Program-made: the position numbers and the translations under genes
Assembly: GCA_048937405.1 (NCBI GenBank)
Contig: JBHLNF010000004.1
Span: 64,001 to 128,000, forward strand
DNA length: 64,000 bases
Reading direction: 5' to 3'
Source: Promethearchaeota archaeon
Lineage (GTDB): Archaea; Asgardarchaeota; Lokiarchaeia; Sigyniarchaeales; SOKP01
Part shown: piece by piece, positions 10,312 to 20,747 of the stretch
Layout: every line of letters begins with the position of its first letter
Numbering within the stretch: position 1 is the stretch's first letter
Notes under the pieces: generated by a model
What the model saw: the letters and a program-made list of their open reading frames with translations, nothing else
What the model was told of the DNA's origin: nothing
Database searches by the model: none

Positions 10312-11790
10312 TTAATTACAGTAAATTGGAGGTTTTTTGTCGATCCATGGTCTATCTTGTTCTAATTGTGCTGCTAAACGGAAGAGAGTAGCTTCATCAC
10401 CAAAAGGAGCTGCAAATTGAATACCTATTGGGATATTATCAGCAGTCCAATATAAAGGAACTGACATAGCAGGTTGACCACTTATATTATAAATTGTAGC
10501 AAAAGCGTTAAGTTTGGTTAATAATTGAATAATCTTTCCTGCTTTTGATAAATTAACTGAAGAGAAAGAGCCAGATTTTATTGGAGGAATTGTAAGAGAT
10601 GTGTTCAGTAGTAGATCAAAATTTCCTTTATGAAACCAATATGCTAATTTCCGTGAGAAACGTTGACAATGTTCTACTGCTATTAGATAATCAGTCCCCG
10701 TCTGAGTTGCTGCCATCTGATAAATTAACCATGTAAGAGGCTCTAATTCATTCTGGGTTATTTTTTTATTTAGCTTTCTTTCCCAATATCTAATTATCTG
10801 ACCAGTAGAGCTGGAAAATATAATACCAAAATGTAAGAAAAGGTTTTCATAACTTAATTCTTCAGAATTTACTTCTTCAACGTTATGACCTAGTGTTTCA
10901 CAGAGTTGAGCTGTATCTCTTATTGCTTTTTCACATTCTGGATGAACTTTTGTCTTAAAGCTCCAGCCACTAGGAATTGAGGTTAAATATCCAATTTTCA
11001 GACGACCTACATCCTCTTCAACTTCTTCTAAGAAAGCACGTTTCTTTGGGGGTGCATAATATGGATCCCCTATGTCTGGTCCCGATGTTGCATCTAAAAG
11101 AGCAGCAGAATCTCTTACAGTGCGAGAAAGAGCATGATCTACGGCGATTCCATTAGCATAATCTCCAAGATATGGACCAAGAGGATTTCTAGCACGAGTA
11201 GGTTTCAACCCAAAAACCCCACAACAAGAAGCAGGTATACGAATAGATCCTCCTCCATCGTTTCCGTGAGCTATAGGTACGATCCCTGTTGCTACAGCTA
11301 CTGCTGATCCACCACTTGAACCACCAGGGATTATATTCGGATCCCAAGGATTTAAAGTAGGACCAAATAACTTAGGTTCAGTTGTCGGAAGACACCCAAA
11401 TTCAGGGGTATTTGTCTTTCCAACCGTGATTAATCCAGCTGTTTTATGCCGTTTTACTAATTCTGTATCTAAAGGCGCAATATATCCATGAACTACTGCA
11501 GAACCCTCACTTAATGGAGCATTACCATATTCTGCAATAAGATCTTTTAATAAAAATGGAACTCCACCAAAAATCACATCAGTCTTTTTACCTGAACTAA
11601 TATCATTATCCCATTTTTTCGCTTTTTTACGTGCAGTATTATACATCTTATGGATTACAGCATTAATTTTAGGATTAATCTTTTCAATTCGTTCGATAGT
11701 TATCTCTACTAATTCAGATGACTTAATTTCTCCGTCTCGTATCATTTTTGCTAAGCCTAATGCATCATATTCAACCAATTTAGTTTCCAA
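10312..11790 (-). CDS. Amidase-signature family amidase
   Basis: [36 protein letters not shown] (Lys-cisSer-Ser triad); TTG start. Confidence 0.92.
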   Translation of the reverse strand: METKLVEYDALGLAKMIRDGEIKSSELVEITIERIEKINPKINAVIHKMYNTARKKAKKWDNDISSGKKTDVIFGGVPFLLKDLIAEYGNAPLSEGSAVVHGYIAPLDTELVKRHKTAGLITVGKTNTPEFGCLPTTEPKLFGPTLNPWDPNIIPGGSSGGSAVAVATGIVPIAHGNDGGGSIRIPASCCGVFGLKPTRARNPLGPYLGDYANGIAVDHALSRTVRDSAALLDATSGPDIGDPYYAPPKKRAFLEEVEEDVGRLKIGYLTSIPSGWSFKTKVHPECEKAIRDTAQLCETLGHNVEEVNSEELSYENLFLHFGIIFSSSTGQIIRYWERKLNKKITQNELEPLTWLIYQMAATQTGTDYLIAVEHCQRFSRKLAYWFHKGNFDLLLNTSLTIPPIKSGSFSSVNLSKAGKIIQLLTKLNAFATIYNISGQPAMSVPLYWTADNIPIGIQFAAPFGDEATLFRLAAQLEQDRPWIDKKPPIYCN

Positions 11791-11881
11791 TAAGTCTCAC
11801 GCTTAATATTTGTTTTTTATTGGATTATTTTTTTAATAGTTATAAATTAAGATAAATAGGCTTTTATAGATATGTGTATAT

Positions 11882-12037
11882 AAATCAGATTATAAATCAG
11901 TTCTCTAATTTATCGATAATTTACATGAATTAGTAGATAAATATTAAAAATTAGTAAAGGAACTTGAAAAAACAGAAAAACCTAAAAAAAGTAAAAATTA
12001 TATAGAATTGGTGGAAAAATTACCTGAATTTTTATGA
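11882..12037 (+). pseudogene. Possible decayed 3' gene fragment of unknown family
   Basis: Protein-like frame KSDYKSVL*FIDNLHELVDKY*KLVKELEKTEKPKKSKNYIELVEKLPEFL* with two internal stops. Confidence 0.4.
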
Positions 12038-12186
12038 TATTTCCATCATATTATAAGTTTTTTGCATTCTCAAGTTGAATTTTTAATCTATCCTTTTTTG
12101 TTTCTATTTTAAACAAAGATTTTCATAAAAAATTAATAATATTTTTAATTATTTTGATAAATATTAAAATTTCATTGGTGAAAAAA

Positions 12187-12642
12187 ATGATTGTTATCGA
12201 TAGATACGACCCTAGAAAGGATAAAGAAGCATTACAAGAAATTTTTAAAGAATTTATCGCTAATAAAGCTTATTTCTTCTCTCATTGGGAAAAGTTTGAG
12301 GAAGAACTAAATCGGAGAACTCTCGATCTTCAATATAGAAATTCAATGGTTATTGCAAAAGAAGATGGAAAAATTTTAGGTTTTGGAACGTATACCCTTT
12401 TTAGAGATTATTTAGGAAATGATAGAGTACTTATTCATCAAGTTCTTACAAGAAAGATTGATTCTTTTAAATTAGGGATAGAAGAGAAAATAGTGCGGGA
12501 ATTGCAATTATATGTTAAAAGAACCCTAAAAATTGATAAAGTCTATTTTATTTGTCCTGATTCTGATGGGGCTTCAAGAAGTCTTTTCCTAAAACTTGGA
12601 ATAAAGAAATCACGTTATATTTGGTATGAAAATGAAATTTAA
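12187..12642 (+). CDS. GNAT-fold protein
   Basis: VIAKEDGKILGFG, SLFLKLG pattern; GGTGA RBS before ATG 12187. Confidence 0.7.
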   Translation: MIVIDRYDPRKDKEALQEIFKEFIANKAYFFSHWEKFEEELNRRTLDLQYRNSMVIAKEDGKILGFGTYTLFRDYLGNDRVLIHQVLTRKIDSFKLGIEEKIVRELQLYVKRTLKIDKVYFICPDSDGASRSLFLKLGIKKSRYIWYENEI

Positions 12643-12683
12643 TTAAGATTCTATTTTTTTCTTAAAGAAAGTGAAAAATCTTC

Positions 12684-13211
12684 ATGACAAATTTAAATAA
12701 TGCTAAAGATCTTATTAAAAAAGTTAAAGAATTAAGAAATCAAGAAAATTTTGAAGAAGCTCTAAAAATAATTGAAGATTTATTTGAAAATTTTCCCAAT
12801 TCTGAAGAAATTAAAGAAGTATTAATTGACACATTATTTGATTATGGAGGATATCTCAATGATTATTATACAATTGGATATGAAAAAGCTCAACAATATT
12901 TTGAGAGAATTACTATTCTAAGCCCACAAAATTATAGAGCACACTATAATTTAGGATTGGCTTATTTTAATTTAGGAAAAATTGAAAACGCTAAGATATC
13001 TTTCGAAAAAGCTTTAATAATCAAACCAGATTATAAGTATTGTCTTTATAATCTAGGAATAGTCTATGAAACTTTAGGACAATATGAAAAAGCGTTAGAT
13101 TATTTTGAACAAGTATTAGAAATCGATTCGGATTTTAAATATGCATTATCAGCAAGATCTCAAATAAGAGAAATATTAGATAAATTAAAATATAAGAAGA
13201 GAAGGGATTAA
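12684..13211 (+). CDS. Tetratricopeptide repeat protein
   Basis: AHYNLGLAY...FEKAL...P; LYNLGIVY...ALDYFEQVL. Confidence 0.9.
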   Translation: MTNLNNAKDLIKKVKELRNQENFEEALKIIEDLFENFPNSEEIKEVLIDTLFDYGGYLNDYYTIGYEKAQQYFERITILSPQNYRAHYNLGLAYFNLGKIENAKISFEKALIIKPDYKYCLYNLGIVYETLGQYEKALDYFEQVLEIDSDFKYALSARSQIREILDKLKYKKRRD

Positions 13212-13232
13212 TCTTAAAAATAGATAAAGAAG

Positions 13233-13367
13233 TTAATCTTCCATTAATTTCCGATGAATTGCACAGCAAACTATAATAATCACTAATACTACTATTCCAC
13301 CTATAAGATATCGAAAAATTATTGGGTCGGATAAGATATCTAAGATATCACCAATTGACTGAAACAT
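13233..13367 (-). CDS. 44-aa single-pass membrane microprotein
   Basis: MFQSIGDILDILSDPIIFRYLIGGIVVLVIIIVCCAIHRKLMED*; AAAGGGGT RBS 4 nt upstream; below ORF-track cutoff. Confidence 0.7.
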   Translation of the reverse strand: MFQSIGDILDILSDPIIFRYLIGGIVVLVIIIVCCAIHRKLMED

Positions 13368-13485
13368 ATTTACCCCTTTCTTATAATTATTTAAATCTAA
13401 ATAGAATTCGTTATATTTAAAATTTAAGCATAATTGGATTAAAAATCTTTATAAAATGAAAAAAAATTAGTAATAGATTAATTTT

Positions 13486-13692
13486 TTATCTTTCTAATTG
13501 GAAATTTACTTGAACGCGAACTCTGTATATCAATTTATCAATATCTTCTTTTACCTTCACATCCGATTCAATAATTTGTATGTTTCGGATACCACGGAGA
13601 GTTTTTTTGGCTTCATTATAACAATTCTTTACGGCGTCAGCCCAATTTTTATCAGAGGTTCCAACTAATTGAATACTTTTATAAACTGTCAT
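13486..13692 (-). CDS. Dodecin (flavin-binding)
   Basis: VYKSIQLVGTS..WADAV...A.KTLRGI...YRVRVQVNF. Confidence 0.9.
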   Translation of the reverse strand: MTVYKSIQLVGTSDKNWADAVKNCYNEAKKTLRGIRNIQIIESDVKVKEDIDKLIYRVRVQVNFQLER

Positions 13693-13861
13693 TTTGATTT
13701 CACTTCTAAATTGTTTTCTTTGTAAGTTTATTTGTTATAGTTTAGTATTTAAATATTTCGCAGAAAACGGATTAAATTAAGAGTTTTAAGATAATAATAA
13801 CAAATTTACTAAATCTTACAGCAGAATATAGAAAAAAAAGAAAATTAGAATTTATATAAAG

Positions 13862-15151
13862 TTAGACATCTAAATTCTCTAATATAGTAGCAACGCCTTG
13901 ACCACCACCGCAACAGGCGTTAGCAATACCATATTTAGCCTTTTTATCCTTTAAAATTCGGGCAAGAGTCCCTGGTAATCTTATCATTGTTGATCCTAAT
14001 GGATGTCCAATTGCAGTTGATCCACCCATAATATTAACCTTTTCTTCAGGAATGTTAAATGCTTTCATACAGTTGAGAGTTACAATTGTAAATGCCTCAT
14101 TTATTTCCCAATAGTCAATATCATCAGCTTTTAATCCAGCAAAATCTAAAGCTTTTTGTGTGGCGGGTACTGGACCTCTCCCCATAACGCTGGGATCTAC
14201 ACCCGCCCAACCAATTGATACAATTCTAGCCATTGGTTCAAGTCCTCTTTTCTTGGCTTCCTCTGCTTCCATTAATAGACATGTGGTAGCTCCCGCATTA
14301 AGAGGTGAAGAATTTCCAGGAGTAATTACTCCCTTATCAGTTCCTTCTCGTTCCATATAACCCTCTTTACCACCATTTTTCTCTAAATAAAAAGGTCTCG
14401 AAAGCCTAGGTAATCCCGCAACTCCTTCCAAAGTAGATTTTCTAGCAGCCATGTCTCGATCAACCATCATTGGTTCTTCTACATTACCTTCGACGTGTCC
14501 CTCAACAGGAATAATTTCACCTTTAAACCAACCATCTTCAGTATTTTTTACTGTCAAATTATGTGCTCTTACTCCAAATTTGTCTAAGTCTTCCTTTGTA
14601 AAATTAGGAACTTCTTGTTCATATAATTTTTGAGCGGTTTGAATCATATTAATTGCATTCATTAAATCGTATTGGGGTCGATACCATTTGCTTTTCTTAT
14701 TAACAATATTTAAATTTGCATTAACATGGTCATTTTGCATTGGAATTCGAGTCATGTGTTCAACACCCCCGGCTAGACAGATTTTACTATTACCTGTCAT
14801 AATTTCCATTATCCCTACATGCATACCAGACCCTGCTGATCCACATTGTCTATCAACAAATAAACCAGGTACATGATCTGGAAAATCAGCTAAAAACAGT
14901 GGAATTCTGCCACCATATGTCCATGCTTCATATACACCCATTGCACTTCCTACAGTAAATTCATCTATATCCTTTTTCTCAACAGGTTTATTTCCTAGAT
15001 AATCAGGAGATTCAAAAAATTCCATTAATAATGTAGCAAGAAGTTCATCACCGCGAATTTCCCCGAAAACATCTCTCTCTGGTTGTCTTGGTCTTGAACG
15101 TGAAAAAGCAGTTCTCGCATAATCAATTAACCATACCTCTTTCATTTCCAT
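13862..15151 (-). CDS. Acetyl-CoA acyltransferase (thiolase)
   Basis: RQCGS catalytic Cys, EINEAF, GHPLG, CCGGGQG. Confidence 0.95.
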   Translation of the reverse strand: MEMKEVWLIDYARTAFSRSRPRQPERDVFGEIRGDELLATLLMEFFESPDYLGNKPVEKKDIDEFTVGSAMGVYEAWTYGGRIPLFLADFPDHVPGLFVDRQCGSAGSGMHVGIMEIMTGNSKICLAGGVEHMTRIPMQNDHVNANLNIVNKKSKWYRPQYDLMNAINMIQTAQKLYEQEVPNFTKEDLDKFGVRAHNLTVKNTEDGWFKGEIIPVEGHVEGNVEEPMMVDRDMAARKSTLEGVAGLPRLSRPFYLEKNGGKEGYMEREGTDKGVITPGNSSPLNAGATTCLLMEAEEAKKRGLEPMARIVSIGWAGVDPSVMGRGPVPATQKALDFAGLKADDIDYWEINEAFTIVTLNCMKAFNIPEEKVNIMGGSTAIGHPLGSTMIRLPGTLARILKDKKAKYGIANACCGGGQGVATILENLDV

Positions 15152-15250
15152 TATATATTATCCCTCAATTTTAAGTAATTTTACTAATTTATTTTTAAAA
15201 ATTTTAGATATTAAACTAGGAAGTGTTAAAATAATATTAAACTTTATTAT

Positions 15251-15270
15251 AATGACAATAAGTAGTCATT
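15251..15270. promoter_or_regulatory. Palindrome AATGAC-N8-GTCATT, candidate operator between thiolase and purE
   Basis: aatgacaataagtagtcatt. Confidence 0.4.
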
Positions 15271-15353
15271 GTAGACCCATTTGAAATAAATTTAATATAG
15301 GATAAACAGATATTTGGTTTAGTTACTATTAAGAAATTACTAGAATTATTTTT

Positions 15354-15797
15354 ATGCCTAGAAATTTTAGATTATTTATGTCCTATAAAAACAATAGTTC
15401 TACTAATAAACCATTAATCTCTATAATTGCAGGAAGTACCTCAGATAAAGAGGTATATGAAAAAGCAGAAAAAGTCTTAAAAGATAACAATTTAAAATAT
15501 GAACTTAAAATTATATCTGCTCATAGAAATCCAGAACTATTAGATGAATATTTGAAAAATTCTGACTCATTAATATATATTGCTGTTGCTGGTCTTTCTG
15601 CAGCTTTACCAGGAGTGATTGCATCGAAAACTAATAGACCTGTTATAGGAGTACCTGTAAGTGCTAAATTAGGGGGTTTTGACGCTTTATTATCAATCGT
15701 TCAAATGCCCCCTGGAGTTCCTGTTGCGACTGTTGGTATAGATAGGGGCGAAAATGCCGCATATTTGGCGATTAGAATATTAGATCTGTTAAAATAA
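15354..15797 (+). CDS. purE: N5-CAIR mutase / AIR carboxylase
   Basis: [37 protein letters not shown]; start may be 15378. Confidence 0.95.
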   Translation: MPRNFRLFMSYKNNSSTNKPLISIIAGSTSDKEVYEKAEKVLKDNNLKYELKIISAHRNPELLDEYLKNSDSLIYIAVAGLSAALPGVIASKTNRPVIGVPVSAKLGGFDALLSIVQMPPGVPVATVGIDRGENAAYLAIRILDLLK

Positions 15798-15807
15798 AAA
15801 ATAGTTT

Positions 15808-16524
15808 GTGATACAATTGACTGAAAATTTAATTGAGATAGGAAAAAAGAATGCTGCAATAAAAGCTGTTGAAGAAAATATTAAAAAAAATATGATAGTT
15901 GGAATTGGTAGTGGTTCTACAGTTGTATATGCTGTGAAAAGATTGGGAAAACTCAACAAAGAAAAGGCACTTAAGATAAAATGTATACCGAGTTCATTTC
16001 AAGCTTATCAGCTAATATTAGAAAATAATTTAGAGTTGGGATCTTTAGAACAATACCCAAAAATTGATGTGGACATTGATGGTGCTGATGAATTTGATAA
16101 GAATCTTAATCTAATTAAAGGAGGGGGAGGCTGCTTAGTACAAGAAAAAATAATCGCTTCAAATTCAAAACAACTTATTATAATTGTGGATTTTAGAAAA
16201 AAATCCGATATTTTAGGTAGTAATTGGAAAAGGGGAATTCCTATTGAGGTAATCCCAATGTCTTATTTTCCAATAATGAAAAAAATAAAAATGGAAGGTG
16301 GGAATCCTGTTCTACGTATGGCTCAATCTAAAAGTGGACCTTTAATTACAGATAATGGAAATTTTATAATAGATGCCGATTTTGGCGAAATAAACAATCC
16401 AAATGAGTTGAATTTGAAATTATTGAATATACCTGGAGTTGTTGATACAGGTTTATTTCTTAATATTACCACCAAAATATATGTCGGATTAGAAGATGGA
16501 AATGTATTGACTCTTACTAAATAA
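15808..16524 (+). CDS. rpiA: Ribose-5-phosphate isomerase A
   Basis: GIGSGSTV, DGADE, IKGGGG, QEKI, TDNGNFI. Confidence 0.96.
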   Translation: MIQLTENLIEIGKKNAAIKAVEENIKKNMIVGIGSGSTVVYAVKRLGKLNKEKALKIKCIPSSFQAYQLILENNLELGSLEQYPKIDVDIDGADEFDKNLNLIKGGGGCLVQEKIIASNSKQLIIIVDFRKKSDILGSNWKRGIPIEVIPMSYFPIMKKIKMEGGNPVLRMAQSKSGPLITDNGNFIIDADFGEINNPNELNLKLLNIPGVVDTGLFLNITTKIYVGLEDGNVLTLTK

Positions 16525-16549
16525 AAAATTTATATTAAAATTAAAAAAT

Positions 16550-19500
16550 TTAATCATTCTTCTCAGTAAAGGAAAGAGATTCACCACAACTTGGGCAGAA
16601 TTTTTTTGGTTGTCTTATTAAATGTCCACAGAATGGACAATAAAACTGTTCAAGATTGGATAAAGGTTCGGGAGTTATATAGGTTGTTTCAGATGGTTCA
16701 TAAGATGGTTCATAATAATAATCTTGATATCTTGGTTGGTATTCAGAAACTTTCACCCGTTTTTGTCTTTTTACTAAATAAATTAGAAAACCAATAACTA
16801 CAACAACACCAATCACAACTGGAATAATGTATATAAGAGAAGAAAAGTCAAATAATGGTCCTGAAATTAGTAATACTATGATAAAATCATCATATCCTCC
16901 TTCACTATCATATACCGTAATAATTAGTATCCCTAGATACCCTGAATTTGAGGCAGAATTATAGTTAGTAATAGTTGACACGGATCTTGTTCCTGAAATT
17001 GTGTTATATCTCATAGTCTTTGGTATAGTAAAAGTGCCTTGATATTTATTAGAGCCTGTTTGATAGGTTAACTCAGCAACTTCAAAAACATCTGGAAAAA
17101 TAACCATAATATGTCCATCCTCTTTTGCTACGGTAATAAAGAGATTAATGAAGACTCTCATATTAGATCTACTATCCTCATAATTAACTGTATCTGCTAC
17201 GTCTACAACGAAATTTAAGGTCTCATCTTGTTTTACTCTATAAACATATGATGCACCCTCAGATGCTGTATTGGCAAAACTGTCGTAATCAAAACTAGAA
17301 CTTTCATTCAAGATTTCTGGAGGATTATTTTTAATTCGAAAAGAAATTCTTGGTGAGTTTGAAGTAGAATAGTTAGAATTTGAAGGTTCTAAATAGAATA
17401 TAGCATATCCTGAGGGATCTGTTTCTTCTGGGTAAAATATTTCACTATAATTATTTCCTGGACCTGGAGAAAAACTAAATGTTAATGTTTTATTTATAGA
17501 TTGTTTAGTGTTATAAAATGAGTAAGAATAAATAGAAAGATATCCCTCAAAAGGATCATATGAATTATCATCCAGTTCTGCGATAATTAAATTTTGTTGA
17601 TTGTTAGCTCTAGTAATTGATGACTTATCTAATGATATTTCACTAATTTTAGGCATTTCATTATTGTTATAATACAATATTTTTGTAGTTTTATTAAATT
17701 CTATTGAATCAAATGTTAGATTTACAATTATCGTATAAGGTGTACTACTAGTATCGGGCAAATTAAAGGAATTATTAAAATATATTCCTTCACTTGCTTT
17801 TGAGATATTTAATGAAATCGTACCTTGAAATATTCCATTTTTAAACATCACACTCAAGGAACTATAATCACTATTAGTAATGGGTGTTTCAGAGGTTTGG
17901 TTTTTTATACAAATGGAAATTTTGTTTTCTGAATTTGAACTGCTTTCTTTTCCTAAATCAATGTTTATAGATATTTCATCTGGAGGTAACAAAAAATCAA
18001 TTATATTTGTCAATAAATTATGATGATCTTGAGCAAACGAACTTGCATCATATTGATCATAAAGCCAATACAAATCTCCAAATGCTAAAAATTTTCCTTT
18101 AGCATATTCTGTGCCATCATAAAGTGCCACTACGGTCTTATTGTCAATAGTAGCAATAGAATTAGCATTATCTGATATTGTAAAAGTATTACCATAAAAC
18201 CAATAAAATTGAGAGACATTATTAAAAATCTTCGAATCATTAAAATTATGTACAGTTTGAGAATTTACACTCGCACCTATACCCAACCACTCGTCATCTA
18301 ATATATTTTCTTCATTGACTTGAATATCAACTCCCAGTCTTGAGAAAAGATAATTAATATTTTCCACAATCATATCTTGATATCTGGTTCCTAAAAATAG
18401 TAGATTACCTCCATTATTGAAGTAAGTTTCTAAATTTCTTATTTCACTTGGACTGTAAGGCAAAATTGGATTTTGTAAAATTACTATATCATATTGTGCT
18501 AACCTTTCTTCCGTCAATAACGAATTGTTGATATTCTTATCATAATCAGGAGTCCAATATTCCATACTATAGTCAATAGAGATGTTCAATTCAGTAAGAT
18601 CATTCATAGCTTCATAGAATCCCATCTGGTAAAATGTATATCCAATATCTTCATCAGCAAACCAATCATTTAATCCATGATAAGATTCCATTAGAACTCG
18701 ATATTCTGGTAATCGAATATCTAATGTTATGTTTATAATATCATAGATTTTTATCCCAGATGTAAGATTTATTTGGAACATTTTTATCTCCGGAATAGCA
18801 TTCTGTTCTATTTCAATATCAAGTTCTATAAAACCAACTCCCGCTTTAGAAAAAATTAAAGGAGATTTATCAATGGAAAGAGATATACCTTGAATGTTAG
18901 ATGGGACTTCAATATTAAACGTTTTGGATTCTCCAGAAATAACAGTCAAATTAAATTTTTGGTGATCTCCAGGAAAATGTAATAAATCAAATGGTTTAAT
19001 AGGAAGGTTGTCTGGATAAATTTTTGCGGTGTTATTATAATTAGTAGAAAGACTCTCTAAATAGCTTAAAGAAGCAGTAACATTTATGATTCCTGTTCCT
19101 GATTTAAGAATATCATTATCACTATCATCTGAGAGTGGGCTAGCTCCTTCTAGTAAAGCTATCCTCGCTGTTTCTGGAGTTATATAGGGATAGGCGTCCA
19201 AGAGAATTGCTAATGCTCCTGCAACCATTGGACAAGAAAAACTCGTCCCACTCAATGGGATATAATCAGCATCACCTGAAAAATCGAAATAATCACCCTT
19301 ATAACGTTCCTCTCGAGAGAATGTAGAGCCCTTTGCTTCTGTTGAGATGATATTAACACCAGGTGCTACAACATCAGGATACCCAATATAGCTAAAAGTA
19401 GGTCCCCAACTACTAAAAGAAGCCAAACCATTACTTCTATTAGTGGCACCTACTGATATTACATCTATACCTGCTGCTGGTGTTGATCCTGAAAAATATT

Positions 19501-20545
19501 GTGGCCCAGAATTACCTGCAGATGCGACAAAGATTACACCATAATCATTTTTAGCTTTTGATATTGTATCTGTAATATTATCAGATATATAAGGATAACC
19601 GCCCCCAAAACTCATAGAAATTATATCTGCACCTGCTCCACCTACACTTGTAGGCTTTGAACTCCATTCAATTGCGGCTATAATATCAGATTCAGCTAAT
19701 CCACTTTCATTTCCTGCGCGTGCATTTATTAATAATGCTCCTGGAGCTACACCACGATATTCTCCAGAAGATCCACCACCATCGCCAGCAATAATCCCTG
19801 CAGCATGAGTTCCATGACCTGTGAGATCATTATAATCATCTTTCCCCTCTTCACTAATAAAATTGCGTTCGTTTATAATATTCAAATCAGGATGATGATA
19901 TATTCCTGTATCAATCACCGCTACTTTCACCCCTGTTCCGTTATATGGTAGATTTTCTGCTCCAATCGCTGGAAGCCACCAATTAGAATAGTCTTCACTA
20001 TTTAGAGCACTTAATTGAATAGTATCATCTTTAACATAAGGTAATTGATAAAATTTCGATTCATGAATTTCTTTTATTGAATAAATACCTTCTATTTCAT
20101 TTTTTTTTATTATAAGCTGATCAGGATTAATTTTTACATGAACAGCAGAAATAAGATCGTAATTATTTTTTAGTTCATAGTTATCAAAAACTGAATCTAA
20201 GATTGTGATACGTTCTTCTTTACTTAGAGATTCATCGAATGAGATAATAACGTCAATATCTTTATGGATACTTTGTGGCCTTTTAATTAGATTTGTAAGT
20301 AATTTATTAAGTTCACTATCAAATTTTGGATTCTGATGGCTTGAAAAACTTTCTTGATTAACATTTTTTGAATTGGAAATAGTTTTAATAGAGGATTTTA
20401 ACGAATTTATATCTATTGCCGTATTTTTATTTTGATTATTAGGAATAGAATTAGCTAATTGTATACCAATGAATGGAACAATAAAATAATTGATAATAAT
20501 TATTATTATGATTATTATTTTAGTTTTATTTTTTAAACTAGTCAT
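16550..20545 (-). CDS. Membrane-anchored S8 subtilisin-like protease with GIFT/DUF4350-like domain, C-terminal TM helix and cytoplasmic zinc ribbon
   Basis: N-terminal hydrophobic segment; VAVIDTG, GHGTH, GTSFSCP triad; YFNNGGNLLFLG; TM then CPFC..CPSC. Confidence 0.88.
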   Translation of the reverse strand: MTSLKNKTKIIIIIIIIINYFIVPFIGIQLANSIPNNQNKNTAIDINSLKSSIKTISNSKNVNQESFSSHQNPKFDSELNKLLTNLIKRPQSIHKDIDVIISFDESLSKEERITILDSVFDNYELKNNYDLISAVHVKINPDQLIIKKNEIEGIYSIKEIHESKFYQLPYVKDDTIQLSALNSEDYSNWWLPAIGAENLPYNGTGVKVAVIDTGIYHHPDLNIINERNFISEEGKDDYNDLTGHGTHAAGIIAGDGGGSSGEYRGVAPGALLINARAGNESGLAESDIIAAIEWSSKPTSVGGAGADIISMSFGGGYPYISDNITDTISKAKNDYGVIFVASAGNSGPQYFSGSTPAAGIDVISVGATNRSNGLASFSSWGPTFSYIGYPDVVAPGVNIISTEAKGSTFSREERYKGDYFDFSGDADYIPLSGTSFSCPMVAGALAILLDAYPYITPETARIALLEGASPLSDDSDNDILKSGTGIINVTASLSYLESLSTNYNNTAKIYPDNLPIKPFDLLHFPGDHQKFNLTVISGESKTFNIEVPSNIQGISLSIDKSPLIFSKAGVGFIELDIEIEQNAIPEIKMFQINLTSGIKIYDIINITLDIRLPEYRVLMESYHGLNDWFADEDIGYTFYQMGFYEAMNDLTELNISIDYSMEYWTPDYDKNINNSLLTEERLAQYDIVILQNPILPYSPSEIRNLETYFNNGGNLLFLGTRYQDMIVENINYLFSRLGVDIQVNEENILDDEWLGIGASVNSQTVHNFNDSKIFNNVSQFYWFYGNTFTISDNANSIATIDNKTVVALYDGTEYAKGKFLAFGDLYWLYDQYDASSFAQDHHNLLTNIIDFLLPPDEISINIDLGKESSSNSENKISICIKNQTSETPITNSDYSSLSVMFKNGIFQGTISLNISKASEGIYFNNSFNLPDTSSTPYTIIVNLTFDSIEFNKTTKILYYNNNEMPKISEISLDKSSITRANNQQNLIIAELDDNSYDPFEGYLSIYSYSFYNTKQSINKTLTFSFSPGPGNNYSEIFYPEETDPSGYAIFYLEPSNSNYSTSNSPRISFRIKNNPPEILNESSSFDYDSFANTASEGASYVYRVKQDETLNFVVDVADTVNYEDSRSNMRVFINLFITVAKEDGHIMVIFPDVFEVAELTYQTGSNKYQGTFTIPKTMRYNTISGTRSVSTITNYNSASNSGYLGILIITVYDSEGGYDDFIIVLLISGPLFDFSSLIYIIPVVIGVVVVIGFLIYLVKRQKRVKVSEYQPRYQDYYYEPSYEPSETTYITPEPLSNLEQFYCPFCGHLIRQPKKFCPSCGESLSFTEKND

Positions 20546-20747
20546 AGATTATATCAAATAAAACACGTATTTAAACCTAAAGATTTTGAGTTAAAATATT
20601 TTTAAAAATTATGAAATTTTTAATAAAATGAAAATATTACATGAATTAGCCCTATACAAAAAGAGTATTTATTTTTTGATTTAAAATAAATAAATAATTG
20701 TACTGCTTTATGTATTAAAAATTATAATCTAGCCTATCATACATCTT

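Noticed and set aside
14160-14876. Short antisense ORFs here and elsewhere (2645, 2975, 16591, 25396, 33883, 35567, 36596, 38374, 40492, 47716, 49687, 50726, 51194, 54590, 57660, 60587, 60803)
   Set aside because: Shadow frames opposite well-supported genes
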